A stretch of DNA of 64,000 bases from Phoronis australis. Taxonomy: Eukaryota > Animalia > Phoronida. The position numbers and the translations under genes are program-made. The notes under the pieces were generated by a model that was not told the origin of the DNA, did not search any database, and saw nothing but the letters and a program-made list of their open reading frames with translations. Of the stretch, positions 41,089-53,201 are shown piece after piece (the stretch's first letter is position 1; every line of letters begins with the position of its first letter). The stretch covers positions 2,711,695 to 2,775,694 of the forward strand of contig NMRA01000001.1 in assembly GCA_002633005.1 (NCBI GenBank), in the 5' to 3' direction.

Positions 41089-42585
41089 AACAAGAGCAAC
41101 GCAGAGCGTTGAAATGCGCCCACAATTGCACCGCATACGGTATCCTTCTAGGGTTGTTTATTGGTACCATAAAGTGGCCAGTATATATGTAGTTTGTTGT
41201 ACTTTGCAAAATGGAATGGCATGGTCATTGTCTCCTCAATAGGCTAAGGGAAAAATGTGAGTAATCTTCATAATACAAGCACATCCTATACACCAGTTGC
41301 TTAAAGCACCACAGAAACATAGAATTAAAAACAAATTTACCAACACACGAGATTAGCACAGCATTAGAATGCCAGAAACAAATTTCTACTTGGAACTTTT
41401 CCTTCATAGTCACGAAGTAACACAAAGTATACACCTGAAGACCTATGAAAATACAGAGGTCAATGTAAAATACTAAAATTGCCACTAGAGGCATACCGGT
41501 AGTCAGAATCATCCTAAAGTCGTCATCGTCCGTTGTCAACATCACATAAATACACTTGCTAAATTTAGTAAAGATCCTGCAAACGGTTTGGGAGATACAG
41601 CCATGGGCGCAAAAAAAATCTACCACTAGGAGGCGCCACAGTAATCAAAGTCATGGGAAATTCAGCGTCAACCGTCCTCTTCATAGTAAGAACATACATG
41701 CCAATTTTCACAATCATACTTAGAGCGGTTTGGTTGATAGAGGGGTGGACGCCAAAAAACAGACTCAAAAACAGTAAAAATGGCCACTGGGTGTCGCAAA
41801 CTAGGTCGAATCCATCCGAAAACGGGAGGATAGCGTCATCGCACTAATAGGTGCCTACATACCAAATTTCATGAAAATCCGTTAAGGACTTTTGAAGATA
41901 CAAAGGTAAACGTAAAAAAATAAAATTGCCACTAGGGGGCACACTGGTAGGCGGATCCGTCCAAAAGTCGTCATCGTCTGTTGTTAACATCATATAAATA
42001 TACTTACACAATTTCGTAAAGATCCTGCAAACGGTTTAGGAGATACAGCCATAGGCGCAAAAAAAAAAAAACTGCCACTAGGAGGCGCCACAGTAGTCGA
42101 AATCGTCGGAAAATCATCGTCAACCATCCTCTACATAGTAAGCATATACATGCCAATTTTCACAATCATCCTTTGAGCGGTTTGGTTGATAGAGGGGTGG
42201 ACGCACAAAAACAGACTCGAACACACTAAAAATGGCCACTAGGTGGCGCAAACTATGTCGAATCCATCTGAAAACGACAGGATAGCGTCATCTCACTAAT
42301 AGGTGCCTACATACCAAATTTCATGAAAATCCGTTCAGGACTTTTGAAGATACAAAGGTAAGCGTAAAAAAGCTAAAATTGCCACTAGGGGGCACACCGG
42401 TAGTCGTATCCGTCCGAAAGTTCGCACATGCCGTCCCATTCATGAATGGAACATATGTGCCAAATTTCATGAACGTATGTCAAAGGGTTTTGGAGATAGA
42501 GCAGCGGACGCCGGACGGACGCTGCCCGGACGGACGGAGATGACGGCATAATGCGTCCACATATAAATATGTGGGCGCATAAAAA
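41089..42585 (-). mobile_element. Helentron-associated non-autonomous element (HINE/DINE-1-like), longest copy
   Basis: One end TTTTTATGCGCCCACATA..TATGTGGACGCAT (inverted repeat) followed by (CCGT)n-like microsatellite. Other end GGCGCAT plus hairpin CAACGC-TCT-GCGTTG and CTCTTGTT. Internal tandem units of ~450 bp; T-rich junctions. Confidence 0.8.
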
Positions 42586-42628
42586 TTGTTTGCTCAAGAC
42601 ATACATTCGCAACTTGCCAAACTCATAC

Positions 42629-42732
42629 CTTGACAATTTTGGATAGTATTTCTGCACCTCGCCAGCCCAGGCCACAACCGCTAAAGTTGACAGATGTCAC
42701 TGTAGTCGAATTCTTGATAGCACGGCAAATCA
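42629..42732 (-). CDS. CEP78: CEP78 coding exon 5, LRR (MICRAIKNSTTVTSVNFSGCGLGWRGAEILSKIVK)
   Basis: Acceptor tgtttcag, donor AAG|gtatga. Similar to [26 protein letters not shown]. Confidence 0.92.
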
Positions 42733-42899
42733 CTGAAACATAGAAAAGCACTAATCAGTGGCAGATGTCTACCAAAAAGTAAAATGTCTGACTGGGGATA
42801 AAGAGTGTGACTTAAAAAGGATGCTAAACCCTGTTTTGAAGATTTCCACCAATCCTCGTTCAATCACCTGGTAATGCATCATTAGCGTCAATCTTCCAA

Positions 42900-43170
42900 G
42901 TTAAAGCCAGGAATCAACTAAAAACTCCTACTCCCTATGTCACAGATTGGACATTGGTGGGTGGTCTTTTTCCACAGATGCCGCGTAATTTGCTAAAAGC
43001 ATAGACCACACTTTCCCGTTTAGCAGACTTTGAAAGGAGTTTTCAAATTTTCTTCAACACTTTCGAGGGTTGTCGAAGATTACAGAGCATAATTTTGTTT
43101 CGTAGAATTGGACGGGAAAGTCGTTATTAGTATCTGTTAATAGGCCAAAGCCGGGTTTAGTATCCTCATA
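42900..43170 (+). repeat. Dispersed repeat, second copy ~49345-49600
   Basis: Shared CAGGAATCAACTAAAAACTC..TTTGAAAGGAGT..GAGGGTTGTCGA..TTACAGAGCAT. Confidence 0.75.
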
Positions 43171-43443
43171 AATGTTGAAGTTGTAGCCACCAATATCACA
43201 TCATAGTATTATTTTGTTACCGAGTGATGAAAAGTTACCTTTTTGAAGTCTAGCTGGGTTGGTTGACAGAAATTTCAGGCCACTCTCATGTCCTTCAAAG
43301 TACACTGATTGACTTTTCATCACTCACTATGCTAATGGAGTCGGATAATGATCATTTATTCTGCTACTTTGTTACTATCTGAATTTTGCAAATCGTGTTA
43401 TCGGCAGGTTATTGTGGCCAACGAAAATAGATGATGTCCTTAC

Positions 43444-43516
43444 TTTCTAGACCATTATCAGCGATTCTGCAGAACTCCAGGGACAAGTGATTCAGAGTGG
43501 TATTCTTCACTAAGCC
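43444..43516 (-). CDS. CEP78: CEP78 coding exon 4, LRR (GLVKNTTLNHLSLEFCRIADNGLE)
   Basis: Acceptor ttcatttcag, donor A|gtaagg, 73 nt, phase 0 to 1. RI-like LRR similar to [24 protein letters not shown]. Confidence 0.92.
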
Positions 43517-44998
43517 CTGAAATGAACAGACAGGCAAATAAATGAGAATGCCACTGAAGTTCAACTTTTATATGTCTTGATTGTAATAAAGACTGACTTC
43601 CAAAAGAAGATAATAAATGACCCTTATTTCTCCAATCTCGTTCTCATTTTCATATCTGGTAATGAGCTTGTGACGCACATTTTTTATCGATGGTACATGT
43701 GTTGATCATATATGGTATTTCACTTGTAAAATATATTTATGTGAGCATAAAAATCCAACTAACTTAACCCGTTTTTTTCCTCATTTTGAACCAGTCCTTT
43801 GTGAAGGGCTACATGGCACTTATTCCCAACCTTCTTATGGGTCTATTTTATCAAGTGCCACAAGTTTGGGCTGCTCCTGACTCTCACAGGCTGATGTCGC
43901 ATGTGTATACGAATTTCATTTGATTGCAACCTCTCTTGCGTCAGTTCAATTTCCTTGTGTCAGCTACAGAGACGTACGGGTCCAAACACTCATGAAATTT
44001 ACCCACTCACAAACTCCCCTCACTTTTGGCACCTTCCCGTACCTCTGTATTGCCTTATTTTATTGCCTTTCTTACTGGAGATTATTTTTTAAATATTGTA
44101 TCTCATTTTCATCAATTCTTCGTATTTGTATTTCTGTAATAATAAATGACCTTCTTTCGCCAACCTCAATCTCCTTTTCATCTCTGTTAATGACTCACAT
44201 ATTCTTTTAATGTTGGTACATACATCAAACATAAATCAGCACTTACTGTTCAGAACAATACACTGGTATCCTACCACCCAAGTATTCAAATTTAATTGTG
44301 TCGATGCCAAACTTAATGACCCAATATTGAAATTAAATATAATGAACGCTCTCACAATACGCGAGTCCAAACACAGCGTTCGGTGTCAAATGGAATTTGG
44401 ATGAGACACGAGACAATAATTGCCCTATCGCCAGAATTTTGAGTGACAGCTTAACTGACCAATCAGAATGCAACATTCCTGACACACCTTTGTTTCCAAG
44501 CTGCCATTTTACCTGACAAACAACATGTTGTCAGGTAAAACTCATTGTTTGTTCGTTGACTTTTCGAAAATGGGGGGAGGAGCTTGCGATAGGTCAATTT
44601 CACCTTCAGAGATAAAAGTGTGCCTCTCTTCCATTTCCTATTAAACTGTGATCAAGAAATATCATGCCAATTAAGCCAGTCAAAACATGCTTACAAAGCT
44701 TCTTGCCAAGACAGCTTGAAATTCAACATTCACATGAAACTGAGTGACAACACGTGAAGCACTCAAACTTAGACAAGGCTAGCCCGACGCATGATTTTCA
44801 GAAGCCCTTTTTACTCCTAAATTCTCTAGATGTCCTTCATGATGATGAAAATGAAGACATGTGACAGCACAGAAAACCTCCGTGTTGTTTCAACACTGGT
44901 TAAAATAGCCCGCAGTTGATTTTTGTTGTTGTACAACCGAAGAAGTGAAGTTTTAATAGAGGTTGTCCCGTATGACTCTTTAATCACATGACAATTAC

Positions 44999-45180
44999 CC
45001 TAGCAAGAGCCACCAAGTCTCGCTGCCTCAGTGGCAGACCTTGTAACTCCAGGCAGTTGAGCGCTGGTGTGGTAGACAGACACTCCTTGAGAGCTTTACA
45101 CAGTCGGTATGTGATCTCCTTGGAACGAATCGCTGGTGTTTTACGCTTCCAGATAGTCACCTTCTCCTTTGACAGCTGAC
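44999..45180 (-). CDS. CEP78: CEP78 coding exon 3 (..TPAIRSKEITYRLCKALKECLSTTPALNCLELQGLPLRQRDLVALAR)
   Basis: Acceptor tttccacag, donor AGG|gtaatt. Similar to CEP78 [33 protein letters not shown]. Confidence 0.93.
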
Positions 45181-45949
45181 CTGTGGAAACAGTATTTGAA
45201 ACAAGACAAAAAGATAACATGTAGGACAGGCATGCTCACTGCCTGTTTACGAATCAAGGTTTTAATTTATAATCGACTCAAAATCTAACATCATGAAAAT
45301 AACAATAAGTTCGCACAGTAAATAACAAGGAACATTCTCTGGACAGATATCACGCTTACAGCTATTAACATTCCAAACTTTTTATTTTACTCATGGAAAA
45401 AGGAGCATGTGTGAAAGATTCACCGCCAACCACTTCTGTTTATAGCACAGGGTTAAAATTCTTCCTGTTCCTGTGTAGAGGCACACCTCTCGTAGGTTAT
45501 GGGGTGACATGCTGCTCAAAACTCACAACAATTTCTGTTACAGAATAGACTACTACTCATGACACCAAGAATTCTACTAAAGAAAGACATTGAACAATTT
45601 TTCAATAATTGTAAAATGTTTTTATTTGTACTACAAGGCAGTAAAGCAGATCCCAAAATTTTCCATCCAAATACACTAACCGGATGCTGAGATTAGCTTA
45701 CAAAGCAAGTGGTGTCTCAGCTGGGAAATCAAAAGAAAATACAGAAGTTGCCAATCTGTTGTCTAAGATCTGTGGTTTCAGGCACAAAATTACAGTCAGA
45801 TGGAAACCTGTAGACAAGGGTCACCCAGGAACTGAAGTCACTGCCAAAAATGTCTGGCTGTCTTTGAAATGGTGGGGCTGTGAAAACAGCGTATGAGGAG
45901 GATGTCCATCACAAGAAAGTAAACAGAAGTGCTTTAATATTAAGATTAC

Positions 45950-46050
45950 CATTTTCATCAACGGGTTGTTGGAAGTAACTCCTTACAGCCACGAAGTTCA
46001 GGCTTTTGTTGATCCGTAGAGTGTTGATAATGGGCACCCAGTCATTGGAC
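45950..46050 (-). CDS. CEP78: CEP78 coding exon 2 (SNDWVPIINTLRINKSLNFVAVRSYFQQPVDEN)
   Basis: Acceptor ttcattgcag, donor G|gtaatc. Phases fit both neighbours. Similar to CEP78 DWAPLLSTLKINKDL. Not in the ORF track. Confidence 0.92.
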
Positions 46051-46356
46051 CTGCAATGAACAACCGTCCATAACGTTTTAATTCAGACTTAAAAATTAAC
46101 AATCAAAAATCTAGGCACAACAAATCAACCAGGGTGCTGAGATTTCAAATGCTAAAATTGTTTATTGGCAATCAAATTATAAAGCAGTTATGGACCTGCC
46201 TTCCGCCACAAAACTAACTTTTGCTATACACCGCTTTGTGTGATAAAATTGATCTCAATTTGTTCCTTGTCCATATGAGAAGAACTGTTAGTTTGTTATT
46301 TTTCAAGACCAGGTTCAAGAAGTAGGCTTAACCCAGAGAATTGTCAGGTTTTCTGC

Positions 46357-46779
46357 ACACAGTTGCATGAAACAGTCCTAAACAGAGACTCAACTAAATT
46401 CCCTAGATCTCCTGCGAACTTGCGGACTTGTGAAAACATTGAATTGTCTTGCTTTATGCAATCTTAGTGTCATTACTAAGTCACTTTTTGAAATTGATAA
46501 AAATCGATCAATCACCATAGGTGATCTGAACATTGAATTCTCAATATTATGGAGAAATTAATGAACTAATTTAAGGACTAAGTCCCTATTTATTTTCACT
46601 GAACTCCGGACTCAGTTTTCAGTTACATTATTTGAAAATGACTTTAGTCAAAGAAGAGCTCATAATAAAGATAGAATAACAGAAAAAGATTACATCTGCG
46701 AGTAAAGAACTAAACAAATATGCCAATGAGGAACTTGTTGGTTGAGTCCCTATTTGCGACTGTTTCATGCAACCGGGCA
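46357..46779. mobile_element. MITE with ~35-bp TIRs (Harbinger-like)
   Basis: GTTGCATGAAACAGTCCTAAACAGAGACTCAAC / GTTGAGTCCCTATTTGCGACTGTTTCATGCAAC. Confidence 0.7.
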
Positions 46780-46907
46780 TTAATGTCTAGAAAAAGTTCT
46801 TATCTGAGTAGAGTGGTATAAATGGAAAATTGACAGAAGGTGAGTTCCTAACTCCTTCACTTAGTCAAAGGTGTAACATGATGTAGTTTCAGTTCCTTGA
46901 AGAACAG

Positions 46908-47142
46908 GGGCCCGTTCCAACAAAACTGACTAGGCTGAGACAATTGTTAAATTGTACTTATTCAAAATAAAAGTTAAATTTGTCTCAAAATCATTTCAAG
47001 AAAGAGATCTTAAGCTTGATTTGAGTGTTTGTCTTAATTTGGATGAACTTACAGGATGTGGAAGTTTCAAAGTTTGGAAGTTAAGACAAATCTTAGACTT
47101 AAATCAAAAATGAACTTAAGTCAGTTTCTTGGAACGGTCCCC
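46908..47142. mobile_element. MITE, PIF/Harbinger-like
   Basis: GGGCCCGTTCCAACAAAACTGACT / AGTCAGTTTCTTGGAACGGTCCCC with CAG on both flanks. Confidence 0.65.
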
Positions 47143-47809
47143 CAGTAAGCCACAACCTGACCCACACCAATACAGTATGACCCACTTCCTTGATGTCACA
47201 CATAAAACCACGATGAAAAAGCACCTTCACAGCGCCCCATTGTACAGGAAAACGGAGCTCACTTAATTCTCACTGGTGGGCGTGTTTTTGTTTTTACTTC
47301 CTTTACCCATCAATGGGCAGAGATCAAGGAGATGCAGGTGCAATCTGCACACAACATTTTAACTCTAGGCAGTTTTAACTGACAAGAACAGATTACGCTT
47401 TTTGTATTAAGGGTTTGTTAACGATAATTAAAAAGAAAAATTCTTCAATTTACAGTGCCAAGGCATGGAATGCCCCGTGACAAAAAAGAGGAAAAATTTC
47501 CAGGTGATGTAATGTTCTACAAATGAATAGGTTCATGTGACAGAAATATTTTATGTGTTGTAAAATTTAAGTACACTGCAAGAAATGTTTTTTGCCTGAT
47601 GAAAGGCAAAGTAATGATAAACGGAGATGAAACTGGAAACTGGAAATAAAATAAGAGGAAATAGAAACCAATAAAAGAGGAAATCAAAACCAAAAAATAG
47701 GAAATCCTCTTAAAAGAGGAAAATTCCTAGCCCTGAGAAGCATCTTTTTCATTTTCTACTAAAACACATGCCAACCAGAACCAATTTATTCCGATAACTC
47801 ATCATTCAC

Positions 47810-47961
47810 CTGATCCTGTCTCCATTAATGTCCAGCACCCCGCGCGCCAAATGCGCTTTGACCGCTGGGACAGGGCAGGTGTCCTGCAAGGCACACAGGT
47901 TGTCATACTGAGATTCAAAGTCGTAGGCAGCACGCTGTCTCACCTGGACACTCTCAATCAT
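47810..47961 (-). CDS. CEP78: CEP78 coding exon 1 (MIESVQVRQRAAYDFESQYDNLCALQDTCPVPAVKAHLARGVLDINGDRIR)
   Basis: Matches the recalled human CEP78 N-terminus ([45 protein letters not shown]). ATG at 47961, donor AG|GTGAAT, phase 2. Confidence 0.93.
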
Positions 47962-50089
47962 ACTGTCACCTATAATGAGATTATATTGGATGTTACTCTG
48001 CTTCAAATGAACAATCACTGACACTAAAACCCTGTCTACAAATTCGGATCTTTCATAGTACGTGTATATGACTTTCACATACGACTAATTGGAGTGTGAA
48101 AACAGGTGTTCCAAAATGACTTTCAATCCGAAAATTCGTACACCAACTCTTACACAGATATCAGAGTGCGAAGAGAGAGGTCCATAAGTTGTATACAAAG
48201 TAGTATAAAAAAATCTGAGTGTGCTGACAGGGTTAAAACTGCACTTTGTTTCACTTTACTGCTTACACATGAAATCAAGAAATGGAAAATATGTCGCAGG
48301 CTAGATCTAACTAGATCAAAGGCTTTTCCTACAAAGATGGGTTGATAACAAGCAACTGCATTCAAAGGCTAGCCAGCATCATGACTTTCTAACAGCTTTA
48401 TTTTGATTTATAAGCGCTCCACCTCTATCCTGACAACAGAATAATTAATTTGTTTGGTATGAAATGCATTTTAAAGGCTTTTGAGTATGGCTTTATCTCT
48501 GGCAAGTCCAAACAATTACCATCACTGTGACATAAAACAAGTCCACAAGACACAATAGTCGCCCTAAGCACTAACAAAAATGATGGAACAGGGAAAATCC
48601 ACATAATCCTACCGTTGTTGGCACCTTGAAATTATTCACGATCACCTGTTTAAAATCCGTCAAAACTGAATACGTATGTTCAACATTTTTTATATTTCAC
48701 ATTTCAGCAGCTGGTCACACATGTACCTACCAGGTTTCATGATGTTCACATGAATTCCCTAACACTTCAAATTGCATAATCACACAAAAGACTCAGTCAG
48801 CTGACAGTTCATCCTTAACTTTAAGTGCCATCTTACAAATAACTGGCAGGTGCAAAGCTCAAACTATTGTTTATTTGCATGAATGATTATAAACATTGGG
48901 AACCCCAACACAAACCAGTCCTATTGTGCAATGTTATTTGAAATATTTCTTGCACCTGGGTAGTAGCAGAGAACAATAGCAATGCCAGATAAACCAGCAA
49001 TGCCTGGTCTTGTCAACTCAGGATGCAAGTCTCTGTAAATCATGGTTTCATACAAAAGAGACACCAAACATAATAGTAAAGAGTTTAGAAGTCAAGAATT
49101 TACTCCTCATACACATAATCTTTTGACTAGTCCCTGGGACTGCAGAAGGTAACAAAAGATTAAAGTTTCCAGGATCATAGAAATAGTAATTTTATTGTCC
49201 AAGCATTAATTTAAAATAAAAAGGAAACTGGCAGTACCTTTTTGATTCATGTGGCATGCTTAAAAGGATTAAAGCCGGTTTTGATGATTTCAACCAATCC
49301 TCATTCTGTCACCTGCTAATACATCATTTGCGACAATCTTGAAATATAAAAGCAGGAATCAACTAAAAACTCGTATCCCCTTTGCCACAGTTTGGACATT
49401 ATGGACCTTGTGGATGTGTTTTCCCACCGCTGCTGTGTAATTCGCTTAAAGTGTAGGTCACACTTGCCCGTTAAGCAGAGTTTGAAAGGAGTCTTCAAAT
49501 TATGAGGGTTGTCGAGGGTTACAGAGCATTCTTTTGTTTAAGAGAACTGGATAAGAAAGTCGCTATGTTAAAAGACCAAAACCCAGTTTGATATCCTCTT
49601 AAATAACCAAATGTTGTTTTGCTATGAGCGCGACTTCTTGCAATGTTCTGTTCGCTATAACTGAACAGTTTTTCTCGAGTCACAGCTTCCAGTGTTTATG
49701 TTAGTAACAGAAAAATAGATTCCTATCATGTTACTTAGTAAGGAATATTATGACTGAGACGGATTTTGTGTAAGTAAGTGGATTTTTACTTTTTGTGCAG
49801 CTGAACAGAGCGAAATGTAGATATTTAAAATGCACAAGACGAGCAGTGCACAGCGTTGATATGCGACCACCGCGTGCATCACAAATAGCATACATACAAG
49901 GGATTACTATTTTAAGCATTCCACTAAATGAAGCAATTCTAGGAAACTTAAAATGACTTCTAGGGGGTGCAGAGCAACTCAGCAATGCTCTCCTCAATAG
50001 GAAAACACCTGCCAAGGTCACAAAAATATTAAAACAGGCACTCAGGCATCTGAAAATGAAAGGGTGTAATTGCCTCGTTAATAGTAACC

Positions 50090-51990
50090 TCTGCTTGTCA
50101 AATTTCATAAAAATCCATTAAGACAGCCCAAACACAAAGGAAGACGAAAAAAAAACTGCCACTAGATGGCACAGCAGTAGTCAGATCTGTCCGAACGTCG
50201 TCATCATCCCTTGTCACCTTCATATAAATACACTTCCCAAATATAACAAAGATCCCATAGAGGGTTTAAGGGATACAGCCACAGACATAAAGAAAACAAA
50301 ACTGACACTAGGAGGCACCAGAGTAACTGGTGCCAACCACAAAATAGTTAGTCATCCTCTTCTGCAACACAGACAGACACCAAAAAACAGGCTCCAAAAT
50401 GATAATAAGGGCCAAAAGGTGGTGTACACTACGTCAGATCCGTCCGCCATCGCCTCTTTAATAGAAATTTGTAAGTCTAATTTCACAAGAAGAGCCACGT
50501 GGAGCATTAAAATGCGCCCACGACTACAACACAAATGGTGAGTTTCTAATGGTGTTTACAGTATCATTAAATCGGCAGTTAGATGGTGCAGAATATGTCA
50601 TACCCACCCAAAATTGGGAAAGCGCCGTCAAATTTCATCATGAAAATCCACCAAGAAGCTCCAAATATACAGAGGCAGGCGTAAAAAAACAAATTGCTAT
50701 TAGAAGGCACAGAGGAAGTTGAATCTGTCCATCTGAATTCAAGTTAATGAGAACAGACTTGAAAAATTGTGATCTTGCAAAGGGTTTACTGTTTATACAG
50801 TCGCAGATTCGAAAATAATGTCACTAGAGCAGGGATATACTTAGCCACTCGCCCAGTCGCCAATGCGAGTAAAAATGATGCTGGGCGAGTAGAAGTTGAG
50901 TTGCCGGTTGCCCAGGTGGCGAGCGAATTTTAAAAAAATTTTCTCCTCCGTGTGTTGTTTTTATCATAAATTTAAGGTTCAGTTTGGTCAGCGTGTCGAT
51001 GCTCCGGCAGTAAAAAACATCGGCGTAGTGGGGTTCTACCGATTCAGTACATGTCACCCGTTACACGAATCATCTAGACAAAAGATCATAAACGAATCAG
51101 GTTCTGCACAAGCGGATGCCACAGGTATCAGAACCGTCCAAAAATCAATGTGAGTCATGGTCTTCTCATTAGGACTGCTACCATTCATAATCATCCTTTG
51201 AGCACTTATGGCAGATAAAGAGGCAAATTCTAAAAAAATGAACTCAAAACCATAAAAATAGCTACTAAGCAGTGTAAAATATACTGAAGCTGTCCGAAAA
51301 TAGAAAGGCACAGTTGCCGCCTTAATAGAAACCTATTTGCCAAATTTCAGAAAAATCCATCAATGAACTCCAAAGATAAAGAGGCAAACGTAAAAAAATT
51401 AAAACTGCCACAAAGGAGCACACCTGTAGTTGGACTGGTTTCCAACTCGTCATCAACCATTAATCATCTCCATAGGAACACATCTCCACATTTCAGGGAG
51501 ATCCTCCAAAGAGTTTAGAAGATACAGCCATGGACGCAAAAAAACATGCAAAAATTGCCACAATAGTTGAACTCGTAAGAAAATCAGCTGCGGTCTTTTC
51601 ATCAGAAAAACATCTGCCAATTTTCATAATGATCCTTTGACTCATTGGGTAGATAGAAAGGCGGACATCAAAAATCTATTCAAAATTTTAAAAATTTTTT
51701 AAAGGTGGCGGAGAATATGTGAAATCTGTCTGAAAACGGGAAGGCATCATCATCTCTTGAACAGAAACCTATAGGCTAAATTTCATGCAAATCCATCAAG
51801 GAACTCGAAAGATACCAGAGGCAAGCGTAGAAAAAACTGAAACTAGGAGGCACACCTGCAGGGATAATCTGAAACTTGTCGTCATTCGTTATCTCCATAG
51901 GAACACATCTGCCAAATTTCACAAGGATCGTCCAAAAAGTCAAGGAGATATACCCAGGAACGAAAAAAAACACGTCAGAAATTTTTGGCG
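50090..51990 (-). repeat. Older, diverged array of the same ~150-bp monomer family
   Basis: Recurrent CCAAATTTCATGAAAATCC, GATACAGCC and GCCACTAG motifs in degraded form. Confidence 0.7.
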
Positions 51991-52034
51991 AAAATCAGTG
52001 TCAGCCTAGGTCTTCTCATCAGTGTCGTAATAGC

Positions 52035-52112
52035 CGAGATTGCCCAACCTTGGGAATCGAACCAGCGACCCCGATTTAACCGGCGAGCGTGCTAACCATT
52101 CAGCAAATACTA
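52035..52112 (-). other. tRNA-derived (SINE-head-like) relic
   Basis: Minus strand has an A-box-like GCTGAATGGTTAG and B-box GGTTCGATTCC. No clean cloverleaf. Confidence 0.55.
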
Positions 52113-52522
52113 GGCAATTGCCCGTTAGCAAGTGGCTAACAGAGGCTCACCGGAAGCACTTTCACTGTCTTTCACAACATCAGGAACACATTTGCAAATT
52201 TTCGTACTGACTCATCATTTTCACCAACTTGTACCCTCGCTTTTCAAATCCTCAAATCAGTGAGTACCTGTCGAGTACACTATTTCACGCGAAATAGGTA
52301 TATTGTATTAGTAGGCCTACTAACAATAGTATAAATACTGACCGTGACACTGTCACTGTGACTGTGTGACTTGTCAACTGTAAACAACAGTTTTTTACCA
52401 ATTTTACCTCTGTAAATGCGTAGTAGGCCTAACTACCACTCACCGGGATAAAATTTTGGATAGAAAGAAATTGTAAAGTTTAGATAAAACACGATGAAAC
52501 ACGAAAGCAATGTTCGACATAC

Positions 52523-52949
52523 CTCAAATCACATTTCTAGCATGAACCAATGCTTTGGTAGCCCAGTCAGACTTTCCAATATTTGAAAATGGCCGCACTT
52601 TTTCTATTGTCTCCCCTGCAAAATTCGAAGAAGCTAAGATTCGAATAATTATCACAAAGTTTTGATTTATAAATTTTATTGCTTGTGAAATCACAAAAAA
52701 AAGAAAAAAAAATTTGGTTATTTAATGGCTAACTTCTTAAGTAAAATGGAACATTTTGAAGCAGATATGACGTCATTTCCTAGAATCATCCTCGTTGCTT
52801 CAGAACATTCGAGAAACCGTCTTTTGTGCGTTTCGAGGTTCTTCACCAGTAAGTGAAGTGAAAAGGCCGATAGAAAACTGCTGTTGTTGTGAAACCAGCC
52901 TCTGATCATCTCTAAACACGTCTTTAAAACACTAAAGTCCAAAACACAG
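52523..52949. promoter_or_regulatory. Putative bidirectional promoter with non-coding first exons of CEP78 (-) and DNAJA1 (+)
   Basis: Plus-strand donor CAG|GTGAGT at 52949/50, minus-strand donor GAG|GTATGT at 52523/22. CRE TGACGTCA at 52768-52775 and a YY1-like AAAATGGCCG near 52586. Both start-codon exons are preceded by acceptors. Confidence 0.6.
52802..52816. promoter_or_regulatory. Heat-shock element (HSF site)
   Basis: aGAAcaTTCgaGAAa is a perfect three-unit nGAAn inverted array, upstream of an Hsp40 gene. Confidence 0.8.
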
Positions 52950-53201
52950 GTGAGTGACGCGGAGACACGTTTTGACCATTGGCAGTGCAGCAGACAGCTG
53001 ATCTATTGCGAATGCGAGGTCGAAAGTTTAAGGAACAAAAATTTAAACATTGTCACTCATTGTTTTAAAACCTGGAAATTTCGTTCTCTTTTGTTGAATT
53101 CAAACTGAATATGATCTTTTTCATTATACTGCCCAGCTGCCAAAATAAATATTCCAGGCCTATTAAGATTAAGTCTGAGAAGGTTTTCGACTCATTCAGT
53201 C

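Noticed and set aside
41225-41626. Hydrophobic ORFs repeated at 23769, 41225 and 60375 (LCYFVTMKEKFQ..)
   Set aside because: All lie within copies of one non-autonomous repeat, with differing starts and ends.
41478-42400. Regularly spaced motifs resembling a CRISPR array
   Set aside because: The intervening sequences are themselves repeated, the period is ~150 bp, the context is eukaryotic and there are no cas genes.
5931-42628. Conserved miRNAs or snoRNAs in the large intron
   Set aside because: Only partial seed-like matches by eye and no hairpin with a recognisable mature sequence; an Infernal/Rfam scan is needed.
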